Source: a virus (Duplodnaviria > Caudoviricetes). From it: 32,626 nt of DNA. The stretch spans positions 1 through 32,626 of the IMG/VR virus record IMGVR_UViG_3300042518_001123. One strand, written 5' to 3'. Both the position numbers and the translations under genes were made by a program. Position 1 is the first letter of the stretch, and each line of letters begins with the position of its first letter. Under the pieces are notes generated by a model that saw only the letters and a list, made by a program, of their open reading frames with translations, did no database searches and was not told the DNA's origin. Positions 8,610-17,037 of this stretch are shown one piece after another.

Positions 8610-9484
8610 GTCACCACCTCGCGCCACTGCATCCGCGCTCGCTGGATCACCATGCGCTGCGTGGCGTTCAGGCCGCCGATGTACGTGACTGAGCCGCCGC
8701 CCTCAACGCCCTGCGTCTCGCTGTAGAGCCCGCGATCGCGCTGGCGCCACATGTTGACGGCGAGTTCCAGTGCGATCTGCTGCACGTCGGCGGGCGCGGC
8801 GCCGTAGCCGTACACCGCCGTGACGCGGTAGACGCGCGACGCCGGCCATCGGTACTCGGTGCCGGCAGCGATGACGTAGCCGTCTTCCTGCACGTAGTCG
8901 TCCGTGCTGATCGTCGTGCCCGTCGTGCTGGTCAGGGTATCGACCTCGACCACGCTGGTCACGCTGCCGTGCTGGTGCGCCGGCAGTCGCAGGTACGTCG
9001 TGCGGTAGGGCTCGGTGCGGATGTTGCGCGCTGTCGCGGCGCCGTACGTGGCGTAGGCCACCGGCAGCAGCGCGGCTTCGACCATCGCGCAGGCCCGGTC
9101 GAGGATGTCCTGCAGCAGCGCGTCGAGTGCCGGGACAACCGTCACCGACGGTGTCGTGCCGCCGGTCAGGCTGTTGGTGCCGAGCAGCAGCGGCGATGCA
9201 ATCCGCGCGCTGCGCGCCGACCACACCACCAGGTATGGCCCGCCGGCGCTGCCGTACACCGAGACCGGCGACGCGTCGCCCGACGTCGCGGCCACCGTCG
9301 TGATCGCCGCCTGCACGGTGGCTGGCGTTGCGTTGTACGCAATGGCGACCGTCGCGACGCTTTGGTACGTCAGCGTGTACGTGCCGCCAGTCGGCGAGCC
9401 GGTGACCGTCACGCGCTGCGCGGCGCGATCCGGCACCTGGTCGAGGTACTCGCGCAGATCGGTAACGGTCAGGCCCAGCGCCAT
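8606..9484 (-). CDS. Head-tail adaptor (gp6/gp15-like) with an inserted ~100-aa domain, 292 aa
   Basis: LTVTDLREYL...DALLQDILDRACAMVE...VYGYGAAPADVQQIALELAVNMWRQR is the typical adaptor pattern. Confidence 0.8.
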   Translation of the reverse strand: MALGLTVTDLREYLDQVPDRAAQRVTVTGSPTGGTYTLTYQSVATVAIAYNATPATVQAAITTVAATSGDASPVSVYGSAGGPYLVVWSARSARIASPLLLGTNSLTGGTTPSVTVVPALDALLQDILDRACAMVEAALLPVAYATYGAATARNIRTEPYRTTYLRLPAHQHGSVTSVVEVDTLTSTTGTTISTDDYVQEDGYVIAAGTEYRWPASRVYRVTAVYGYGAAPADVQQIALELAVNMWRQRDRGLYSETQGVEGGGSVTYIGGLNATQRMVIQRARMQWREVVT

Positions 9485-9485
9485 G

Positions 9486-9755
9486 TCAGTACTCCACTAC
9501 CGTGATGCGGATCGTGTGCGTCGATGATGCCACGATGCCGTACAGACTGTCGCCTGGCGGCAGATCGATGGTCAGCTCGTTGGTCTTGCTGCTCGGCAGC
9601 ACGTAACCAGTGCCTGCGGCGACTGCTGCCGGGCCAATGGTAATGTCCTGCCCGCCACTGGCGCTGTACACATAGATGCGGCAGCCGTTGCTGGCCGACG
9701 TGTGCATCAACGTCGCGCTGGTCGTGATGGTGACATTCTTGCTGATGATTGGCAT
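9486..9755 (-). CDS. Hypothetical structural protein, 89 aa
   Basis: RBS GGAGG; small beta-rich ORF in the head-neck region. Confidence 0.7.
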   Translation of the reverse strand: MPIISKNVTITTSATLMHTSASNGCRIYVYSASGGQDITIGPAAVAAGTGYVLPSSKTNELTIDLPPGDSLYGIVASSTHTIRITVVEY

Positions 9756-9767
9756 ATCGCCTCCGAG

Positions 9768-9816
9768 AAAAACTTCGCCCAGCGATGCTTCGACCGGCGA
9801 GTTGCCCCGCCGGTCG
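9768..9816 (-). terminator. GNRA-capped hairpin followed by motif copy 2 and a U-tract; possible attenuator/terminator after the capsid genes
   Basis: Minus strand reads CGACCGGCG-GG-GCAA-CT-CGCCGGTCG then AAGCATCGCTGGGCGAAGTTTTT. The U-tract is not adjacent to the stem, so this is non-canonical. Confidence 0.45.
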
Positions 9817-9825
9817 TCGCTCCGA

Positions 9826-10302
9826 TCAGATCACCGACCACACGATGTACGCGTTGCCGACGAGGCCCGCCGACGCGCCGCTCGCCACCGAGCCGGTGAC
9901 AAACTGCGTGCTGGTGACCTTGCGCGACATCGATCCGTTGGTGCCGGCGTTCGTCGCGCTGTTCAACACCTTCGCCGCCGTCGCCAGACTGCCGCCGTCA
10001 ATGAGCGTATCGTTCAGCGTCGTGGCGTTCGCGGCCACACCGACATCGATGGTGCAGGCGCCGGTCGTGAACGTCGTGACATCGAGCTGCACGCTGTGGA
10101 CGAGGATCGCGGCGCCTGCGGGATTCGCCCAGGCGAACACGCCGCCCGCCGTGTCGGAGGCGGACAGCGCGACCTTCGTCACGCGTGGCACGCCGACCGT
10201 CGCCGTCGCTGCGATCGTCATGGTCCCGTTGACGGTCAGCGTGCCGTCCACGACCCACGACGAACCGCCCTGTTCCTGGTAGTTGTCGCTGTTGTAGGTC
10301 AT
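9826..10302 (-). CDS. Putative head decoration/fibre protein, 158 aa
   Basis: N-terminal NYQEQGGSSWVVDGTLTV resembles head-fibre-like N-termini; located after the capsid gene. Confidence 0.55.
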   Translation of the reverse strand: MTYNSDNYQEQGGSSWVVDGTLTVNGTMTIAATATVGVPRVTKVALSASDTAGGVFAWANPAGAAILVHSVQLDVTTFTTGACTIDVGVAANATTLNDTLIDGGSLATAAKVLNSATNAGTNGSMSRKVTSTQFVTGSVASGASAGLVGNAYIVWSVI

Positions 10303-10304
10303 GG

Positions 10305-10763
10305 TCAGACCTCCGCCGGGCTTACCACCTCAGCCGCGGCTGCCGTGGTCGAGCTCGCTGCAACCGGCGCCAGTCGCGGGCCGTACCGGATTGCCAGGAT
10401 CTCGCCGAACGCGACGTTCGCCGTCGCGCTGGTGCGCACGCCCTGCACCCACCGCTCACGCGGCGCGCGCACATCGACGATCAGGATCTTGCCGTTGACG
10501 TCGTCGTTCACCGCGCACGTCACTGCGGCCGACGCGCCAGTCAACGCAGTCATGCCGGTGTCGCTGTCGCTGGTGTTCTGCTCGACCTTCAGCGTCGCCA
10601 CGCCGGTTGCCGCGCTGTCGGTGATCGTGGTGATGAACACCACGCCGTCCCAGTTCGCCATGTCCAGCCGCGTGCTGTTGCTGTCCGTGTTGCTCGCGTT
10701 CGACACCGCGGCGCCGACGTAGTCGATCGCGACGTTCTCGTTGAGCTGTCCGATGTGTGGCAT
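10305..10763 (-). CDS. Putative capsid decoration/cement protein, 152 aa
   Basis: Immediately after the major capsid gene; RBS GAGGAGG; beta-sandwich-like (LDMANWDGVVF...RERWV). Confidence 0.6.
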   Translation of the reverse strand: MPHIGQLNENVAIDYVGAAVSNASNTDSNSTRLDMANWDGVVFITTITDSAATGVATLKVEQNTSDSDTGMTALTGASAAVTCAVNDDVNGKILIVDVRAPRERWVQGVRTSATANVAFGEILAIRYGPRLAPVAASSTTAAAAEVVSPAEV

Positions 10764-10773
10764 TGTTTCCTCC

Positions 10774-12003
10774 TCAGGCCAGCTTCAGACGCTGGAAGGC
10801 CTCGGCGAGCACTGGCTGGCCGTCGAGATACGTGCGACCGATGTAGCCGATCTGGTCCGTCGCGCTGTACAACTCGGCCAGAACCTGCAGCTCGTAGCGC
10901 CCCGTCTCGGCGATGTAGTAGTACGAGAAGTCGCCGATGATCGCGACGTACAGGCCCGCCGTGAACGTGTTCGGCGCGTACTCGCTGACCAGGTACGGTA
11001 CGTCGCAGATGGTCGGTGGCAGGCCCTGCGTGATGCCGCCGCCCGGTCCAAGCCCTGGCGACCACAGGTAGTTGCCGTTGCCGTCTTTGAGTTTGCGCAC
11101 GCGGGCAATGGTGTCGCGATGCATGATCCAGCGCGTGCCCGGCCGCGACCAGTACGCTGCCTTCAACGCGTGCTTGGTGTCGAGGAGGTTGTCGGCGGTG
11201 AATGACGTGGCCGCGCTGGCCGTGGTGTCGCGGCTCGTCGGGATGCCCTGCGAGCTGGCAGTGAACACGCCGAGCGGCACGCCGGCAGCGCCCGAGCCGG
11301 TCATGAACGCCTTCTCCTCGGTCACACCGAACTTGTAGGCCAGGCGAGCCTGGACCCATTGCTCGATGTTGATGCGGCTCTGGTTCACCAGCGTCCGCGA
11401 GATCTTGACCTGCTTCGACAGGCGGCTGGGCCGCAGTGTGCGCAGGCCAGTCGCCATGCTGGTGTCGGTGGTGACGCTGGCGATCTCGGTGAGCCAGTCG
11501 GCATCTGCCGGATCGGTATCCCAAGTGGGGGCAATGAGCTCAGTGCCGACGTCCATCGGGATGACCGTGGCCAACCGCCGCAGGTACACTTCATCATCGA
11601 TGAACTTGATGATGCCCTGCGCCAGCACTGCCGGAGCGACGAGATACCCCCCCTGGGCATCGACGCCGGCGCTGAGGTCCTTGCGCTCGGCAGCAGACAG
11701 CTGCGCGCCCTTGAACCAATTGCGCAGCAGGCCAAGCTGGCGATCTTCGGTCGCGCTGCGTGCCTCGACACCACCGACGCCCAAGCGCGCCTGCGGCTGC
11801 GACGCTTCGGCGATGATGCCGGCTGCGCGCTCGCCGCGCTCGAGTCGCTTCGCCTCGGCGATCCGCCCGTCGAACTGCTCCATGATCGTGTCGTACTGCG
11901 CCGACTGCTCAGCGCTCATGCCGCTCGGCGATGCCTCGAGCAATGCCCGTGCACGACCGTACAGCTCCGTGGCCTCGTTGTAGAGGCGCTGTGTGTCCGC
12001 CAT
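10774..12003 (-). CDS. Major capsid protein, HK97 fold, 409 aa
   Basis: Coiled-coil delta domain, GGYLVAP, EEKAFMTGSG, LKDGNGNYLW, IGDFSYY, C-terminal AFQRLKLA. Confidence 0.95.
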   Translation of the reverse strand: MADTQRLYNEATELYGRARALLEASPSGMSAEQSAQYDTIMEQFDGRIAEAKRLERGERAAGIIAEASQPQARLGVGGVEARSATEDRQLGLLRNWFKGAQLSAAERKDLSAGVDAQGGYLVAPAVLAQGIIKFIDDEVYLRRLATVIPMDVGTELIAPTWDTDPADADWLTEIASVTTDTSMATGLRTLRPSRLSKQVKISRTLVNQSRINIEQWVQARLAYKFGVTEEKAFMTGSGAAGVPLGVFTASSQGIPTSRDTTASAATSFTADNLLDTKHALKAAYWSRPGTRWIMHRDTIARVRKLKDGNGNYLWSPGLGPGGGITQGLPPTICDVPYLVSEYAPNTFTAGLYVAIIGDFSYYYIAETGRYELQVLAELYSATDQIGYIGRTYLDGQPVLAEAFQRLKLA

Positions 12004-12005
12004 GG

Positions 12006-13529
12006 TTATGATCCTCCCTTGTGCAGCAGCGCCAGCGCGGCTGCTGCAGCGCGCAGTTGCCGTGACCGATCGACCGGGACAGCGAGTGCTACTCGAGCGG
12101 CGCGCTCCTCGTCGGGATCAGGCTGAGCTATCAGGCGCACGCTGGTCGCGCCCAACTCGATCGCCGCCTCGGCGATGCTGTTGATCAGTTGTGTGTCGCG
12201 CGTGCTGTGCCGCGCGCCCGCCTTCATCGCCGCCTTCAGCGCTGCAAGCAGCGTCGCGATCGGCAGCCGGCCATGAGTCTTCGCCGCGACGGTGGCGCTG
12301 TTCGCGCCGAACAGAACGTCGCTGGTCTCGTAGAGTCTCAGCTCGCGCAGGTTGCGGATAACGCCGATAGGAGAATCCGCAGACTCCATAAAGTCGTACC
12401 GGATCGCGTCGAAGGCAAAGCTCATCTCGAGCGGCACACCGCCGCGAATCGCCGCCAACACCTCGTTGCCGCGTGGCGTGTCGAGGTAGGTCCGCGTGAC
12501 CTCGGCGCCGCCCGTGGCCGTCGGCGCGCGCAGCAGGACCTCCGCCGGCAACGCCTGGCGCGGTACCTCGCGGATAGACTCGATCATCGCGATCGGCGGC
12601 GCGTCCATGTCATGCTGCCAGAGGTGCAGGATGCGCGTGCCGCGCTCCCGCAAGGTCTTCTCCATCGCGCCGTTGTGGATGACGTCGGCGTAGCTGTCCA
12701 TGTTCCCGAACACCGAGAACACGCCGGTCACCGTGCGATCACTGACGCCGCTGGGCGCGATGACCACCGCCTTGCGCTCGTGGCGTGGCGCCGCTGTTCG
12801 TTGTTCGCTTGCCACCTGCTCCTCCGCCCAGCGCTGTGCGCGCTCTGACTGCCGCCGCGTGCCTCCGCCCCACAGCGCGTGCGCCACGACGCCCGGCGAC
12901 GGGTAGTCATCGTGGCTGGGGTTCGCTGCCGGAGCGTCGAGGTCCGTCATGTGCCGCGCGAACCACGCGGCCATGCGCACGGCCTTGTCCTCGCTCACGA
13001 AGCCGCCGGCCATGGCCCGCGCTTCGCGCACGGTCTGCGCCGTCACGCCGTCGCCCGCCAAGCCTTCGCTGTACCACTCCAAGCCCCGGGCCGCGTTGCC
13101 GCGCAGCCAACCTGGCGCGTCGTATTTTGTCTCGCGCATCTGTGGCAGCGTTTTTGAGCGGTCGCTGCTGTCGTCTTCTTCGTCGTCCAGCATCTGGGCG
13201 ACGTAGCCGTCGATGATCTCGCGCGCTTCGTTGACCACATCCTCGCTGAGGTCGGCGGTCTGCGGCAGTCGCGACGCCGCAGCGCGCAGGCCGCTGCTCA
13301 GTACCTGCAGCTCGCCATCGATCACGTCGGCAATGCCGAGCTTGTAGTTGCCGCGCAACTCCGGACGCTCGTCGTCGTACACGAGGAACGCCTGCCGCGC
13401 CAGCTCGATGTCGGGCTCGTCGCCGTCGAACTGGGCGAGCTCGAACACGCGCGCAGCCGCGCCCGGACCGTCCCACGGCAGATCATCGTTGAGTGGCAGA
13501 TCGCGCGACGCGCCGATTACCCAGGCCAT
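12006..13529 (-). CDS. Prohead maturation protease (HK97-type) fused to two N-terminal domains, 507 aa
   Basis: C-terminal SVFGNMDSYADVI, LWQHD, MSFAF and LYETSDVLFGAN protease motifs; sits directly upstream of the capsid gene. Confidence 0.88.
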   Translation of the reverse strand: MAWVIGASRDLPLNDDLPWDGPGAAARVFELAQFDGDEPDIELARQAFLVYDDERPELRGNYKLGIADVIDGELQVLSSGLRAAASRLPQTADLSEDVVNEAREIIDGYVAQMLDDEEDDSSDRSKTLPQMRETKYDAPGWLRGNAARGLEWYSEGLAGDGVTAQTVREARAMAGGFVSEDKAVRMAAWFARHMTDLDAPAANPSHDDYPSPGVVAHALWGGGTRRQSERAQRWAEEQVASEQRTAAPRHERKAVVIAPSGVSDRTVTGVFSVFGNMDSYADVIHNGAMEKTLRERGTRILHLWQHDMDAPPIAMIESIREVPRQALPAEVLLRAPTATGGAEVTRTYLDTPRGNEVLAAIRGGVPLEMSFAFDAIRYDFMESADSPIGVIRNLRELRLYETSDVLFGANSATVAAKTHGRLPIATLLAALKAAMKAGARHSTRDTQLINSIAEAAIELGATSVRLIAQPDPDEERAARVALAVPVDRSRQLRAAAAALALLHKGGS

Positions 13530-13549
13530 GGCGTTCCCTCCGTCGTGGT

Positions 13550-13559
13550 CAGTATAGCA
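13550..13559 (-). promoter_or_regulatory. Extended -10-like element TGCTATACT upstream of protease/capsid genes
   Basis: TGnTATACT just after the MuF stop; the GCTATACTG core also occurs near 19732 and 22506. Confidence 0.5.
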
Positions 13560-14189
13560 TCAGTCACTCAGCACTGGCGACAACGCGCATCGGCAATTCG
13601 GATGCGCCGGCACTTCGCGCCCGCCCTCGAACGGCGCGCCGAGCACGACGATTTGTCCGTTGAGTCCCTGGCAGATGGCGCAGGCGTTCGTCTCCGCGAC
13701 CCACTGCATCCGATTGACCTCGCCGCTTTCCTGCCACGCCAGTACCTGGCCTCGGCTGTAGGCGTACGCGGACTCGGTCACCGCGATCATGAACGAGCGG
13801 TACGCGCTGTCGAACGGCCGCATCTCGACGCCGTCGGCCGTCGTCTCGACCACGCCGCGCAGCAGCGCCGCGGCCTGCTGGTAGCTCAGCCCCTCGGCGT
13901 CGACACGCGCCAGCACGGCGCGGACCTCGTCGCGCGTGACGTCGGCCACGCGGCGCACCTTCTGCGCCAGCCCGGCGATCGTCTCCTGCACACGCGGGTT
14001 GCGCAGATCGAACGCCAAGCCCAGCTGCACTTGACCGCCGGCCCGCTCCCACGCGCGCTCGAGGAGCAGCGGGTAGAACTGCCGCATGATCTCGGCGATC
14101 TCGGTGCCGTCGTCGAGCTGCCCAACGACCAGCTCCGACTGCGCTGGCGTCAGGCCGCCCGTGAACGGATTGAACGGCGCATCGGTCAT
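13560..14189 (-). CDS. Head morphogenesis / MuF (SPP1 gp7-like) protein, 209 aa
   Basis: IAVTE, CAICQGLNG and PAHPNCRC motifs. True start MTDAPF at 14189 overlaps the portal stop (ATGA). Confidence 0.85.
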   Translation of the reverse strand: MTDAPFNPFTGGLTPAQSELVVGQLDDGTEIAEIMRQFYPLLLERAWERAGGQVQLGLAFDLRNPRVQETIAGLAQKVRRVADVTRDEVRAVLARVDAEGLSYQQAAALLRGVVETTADGVEMRPFDSAYRSFMIAVTESAYAYSRGQVLAWQESGEVNRMQWVAETNACAICQGLNGQIVVLGAPFEGGREVPAHPNCRCALSPVLSD

Positions 14190-15670
14190 TGCACGTTCCT
14201 CGCCCGCTCGGCGTCGAGCTCGCGCTGCGCCACGCGCTCGAGCTCGGTTGCCGCCGTTCGGTATTGCCCATCGACGTAGCGGCGCAGCCGTCGGAACATG
14301 GACTCGGCCACGTCGTCGATCGGTGGCGCCACGTACTCGGCGATCGGATGCGGCGCCCTGGGCGCGGCCCGCGTCTCGACTGGCGCGTCGGCTGCCGTCG
14401 GCGGCGCGTCGGTCGTCGGCGTCAGCGTCGGCATGCCGATGACTGGACTGTGCTGCGCGTCGAGCAGCTGCACCGACGTCGGCAGCGCGTACACGTCGCC
14501 CGCGTCGTCGATCGGCAACATCAGCGCGTGACGCGCTTCGTTGCGTGTGATGATGCCCGCCGACCAGGCGTTGATCGTCCGCGTCACGCGCGCAGCCTGA
14601 TCCTCCTGCAACGCCGCGACGTTCGACAGATCGTAGCGCACCACGACGCCGAACGGATCGCCGAGCGACGCCTGGATCTCGCCCTCCCACATGCGCCACA
14701 GCGGGATCAGCGTCTGCTGCGTGTACGATATCCGAGCCTCGGCGTAGTTGCTGTACGTCGAGCGGTCGAGGCCGATGCCCAGGCCCGCCACGATCGCCGG
14801 AACGCGGAACGCCGCGGCGATGTGCGCCTCGGGCACGCGCATCAGCGCATCGAACGCCAGCTCGCTCATGGACAGGCCGACGCGCTGCAGCGTCACACCT
14901 TCCTCAAGCACGGCCACGCCGCCGCGCTGGTCGCCGCCGTAGCGCTCAGACCACTGCGCGCGCATGCGATTTACCGCCGTATCGTCGAGCATCAGGCCCG
15001 CCGGCGTCTGCAACACCACGCGCGGCATCGCGTCATTTTTCAACAACGCCCTGACGTAGCGCATGGCTTCGTTGGTGGCGTCGACCTCGGCGGCCACGGC
15101 CACGATCGGCGACAGCGCGACCCACGGTTGCTCGAGGTCGACACTCGGCCAGCGGATCTGGATGACGTCCTCGACCGGTACCGGCTGCTCGGTGCCGTCC
15201 GCGTTCACGTAGTCGTACCGCGAGATCCACATCCTGGCGCTGGCGTCCGTCGACGGCACCGGCACCATCTGGCCCGCGTGGTACGGCCACAGCTCTACGG
15301 GCACGCCGCGTCGATCGCGGACCACGTGGATGTACGCGTTGCCGCCGACGGCCGCGTAGACGGCGACGAGTGTCCAGAACTCGCGCTGCGAGTGCATCGG
15401 GTTCGGTCGCGACAGCAGCCGCGACAGCGGCGATGCGCCCATCTCCTCGCCCTGCGCGTTGTAGCAGCGCAGCACCGGCTCGACGAGATCGAAGGCCAGC
15501 GTACTGACGCAGGAATACACCGCCGCGTTGCGGCGGTAGCCGTCGCGCGACAGCGCGCGCCACGTCGGATCGAGCACAGTGGTGTCGACCCAGCGCGGCA
15601 CGATGGGCAACCCGCCGGCTTTGAGGAACATCCGCGCCAGCCCGTAGCGCAGCCGCGTCGACCAGTTCAT
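14186..15670 (-). CDS. Portal protein (HK97 family), 494 aa
   Basis: LLSRPNPMHS, GNAYI, EDVIQIR, IAAAFRVP, TYSNYAE, GIITRNEAR. Confidence 0.95.
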   Translation of the reverse strand: MNWSTRLRYGLARMFLKAGGLPIVPRWVDTTVLDPTWRALSRDGYRRNAAVYSCVSTLAFDLVEPVLRCYNAQGEEMGASPLSRLLSRPNPMHSQREFWTLVAVYAAVGGNAYIHVVRDRRGVPVELWPYHAGQMVPVPSTDASARMWISRYDYVNADGTEQPVPVEDVIQIRWPSVDLEQPWVALSPIVAVAAEVDATNEAMRYVRALLKNDAMPRVVLQTPAGLMLDDTAVNRMRAQWSERYGGDQRGGVAVLEEGVTLQRVGLSMSELAFDALMRVPEAHIAAAFRVPAIVAGLGIGLDRSTYSNYAEARISYTQQTLIPLWRMWEGEIQASLGDPFGVVVRYDLSNVAALQEDQAARVTRTINAWSAGIITRNEARHALMLPIDDAGDVYALPTSVQLLDAQHSPVIGMPTLTPTTDAPPTAADAPVETRAAPRAPHPIAEYVAPPIDDVAESMFRRLRRYVDGQYRTAATELERVAQRELDAERARNVQ

Positions 15671-16083
15671 TCAGCGCCCTCCCACTCGATCGCGATCTGC
15701 CGCAGGACGTCAGGCACGTCGCGCTCCGCCTGGCCGATCACGACGCGCCCCACGCCGGCAGCGACCACGAGGATCGCGCAGTTGTGACACGGCACGTCAG
15801 TGACAAACAGCGTCGCCCCAGCTGCGCGCCGCCCGGCCTCGAGCAGCGCCGCCGCTTCGGCGTGCACCGCGTAGCAGTCGTGGTACGCCGGATCGACTGC
15901 GCCGTCACGATGCGCTCGGCGGCACACGGCTGCGCACGACACCATGTCGCGCGCGCCGATCACCACACGATTATAGCCGACGCCGACGACGTCGCCATAC
16001 TGCACCACCACCGCGCCGATCTGCCGGCGCACGCACTGCGACTGGCTGGCGGCCTGCCGCGCCGCTTGCATGATCGGGCTCAT
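15667..16083 (-). CDS. dCMP deaminase-like Zn-dependent deaminase, 138 aa
   Basis: HAE and PCxxC Zn motifs, S-x-C-x-RRQIGAV, GYN. Start MSPIMQ at 16083 overlaps the thyX stop. Confidence 0.88.
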   Translation of the reverse strand: MSPIMQAARQAASQSQCVRRQIGAVVVQYGDVVGVGYNRVVIGARDMVSCAAVCRRAHRDGAVDPAYHDCYAVHAEAAALLEAGRRAAGATLFVTDVPCHNCAILVVAAGVGRVVIGQAERDVPDVLRQIAIEWEGAE

Positions 16084-16703
16084 CGTGTCTCCCAGTCCAG
16101 TGCCTCGGCGATCACCGGCAGCTCCGCCGCCAGCACGGCGCGACAAGCGATCGCCACGCGTCGGTGCTCGAGCTGCGTTGACGCAGCGCACCGCAGCTGC
16201 AGGTAGTGAATCCACGATCGCAGCGAGCCGGCCATGTACATCGTCGTCTCCGTCGCCTCCGGCAACACCATGCGCGCCGACTCGTACGCCACGCCCGCCG
16301 CGAGCAGATCGGCGTACAGTGCCTGCGTGGCCCGCATGTGGTCGGCGACGCGCTGCGCCAGATCGTCGCGCGCCATCGGCGCATCGCCGTCGCTGCCCTG
16401 CCGCGCTGCGCCCTGCGCCCGCAGCTCGATCGCCGTCACGTCGGAGGCTACGGTGGCGTAGCGCTGCGAGAACTCCTGGAAGGCGAACGAGCGATGGCGC
16501 AGGATCTGCCGTGCGATGGCGCGGCTCGTCGTGATCTCCAGCGTGGCGTGCACCATCTCGAACGGCGACCAGTGCGCGTGCTCGATGAGGTAGCGCAATA
16601 ATCGCCGGCCAGTTGCGTGGTTGCCCTGGTTCGCCGGGTTCGACACGCGCGCGCAGTACACCACCAGCTGCTCCGCGTTCGGCGTGATTGCTACGAGTCG
16701 CAT
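16080..16703 (-). CDS. thyX: FAD-dependent thymidylate synthase, 207 aa
   Basis: RHRSFAFQEFSQRY signature, HWSPFE, ESARMVLP, LRSWIHYLQLR, Q-x-EHR. Confidence 0.95.
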   Translation of the reverse strand: MRLVAITPNAEQLVVYCARVSNPANQGNHATGRRLLRYLIEHAHWSPFEMVHATLEITTSRAIARQILRHRSFAFQEFSQRYATVASDVTAIELRAQGAARQGSDGDAPMARDDLAQRVADHMRATQALYADLLAAGVAYESARMVLPEATETTMYMAGSLRSWIHYLQLRCAASTQLEHRRVAIACRAVLAAELPVIAEALDWETR

Positions 16704-16735
16704 GATGTCTCCACATCGATAATCATCGTGTCTCC
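16080..16735 (-). repeat. 13-bp direct repeat GGAGACACGATGA flanking thyX
   Basis: tcatcgtgtctcc occurs at 16080-16092 and 16723-16735. Confidence 0.8.
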
Positions 16736-17037
16736 TAGTTGACCACGTTCGGCAGCGTCACCATGTACGGCCTGTACGGTGTCTTGCTGTCCGCGCCGCT
16801 GGCGCGACTGTACAGCAGGATCAGCGACGTACCGCTGGGCATGATCGACACGCTGGCGTACTTGAACGCCGCGTCGCCCGTCCACAGCCGCTCGTTGAGC
16901 CCGGTGCTGCGACGGCGGTAAACCTCGGCGCGGTAGTTGGCGTTGCGGTTCAGCAGCGCGTAGTACACGGTGCCGTTGACCATGAACGAATCCCAGATCT
17001 CGACGCTCTGCGCCGGCTGCAGCGCGATCTCGCTCAT
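16735..17037 (-). CDS. Hypothetical protein, 100 aa
   Basis: ATGA-coupled to TerL; genome-typical codon usage. Confidence 0.7.
   Translation of the reverse strand: MSEIALQPAQSVEIWDSFMVNGTVYYALLNRNANYRAEVYRRRSTGLNERLWTGDAAFKYASVSIMPSGTSLILLYSRASGADSKTPYRPYMVTLPNVVN

Noticed and set aside
16084-16716. 349-aa version of the deaminase ORF
   Set aside because: The upstream part is an off-frame shadow of thyX; the deaminase domain begins at 16083 with its own RBS.
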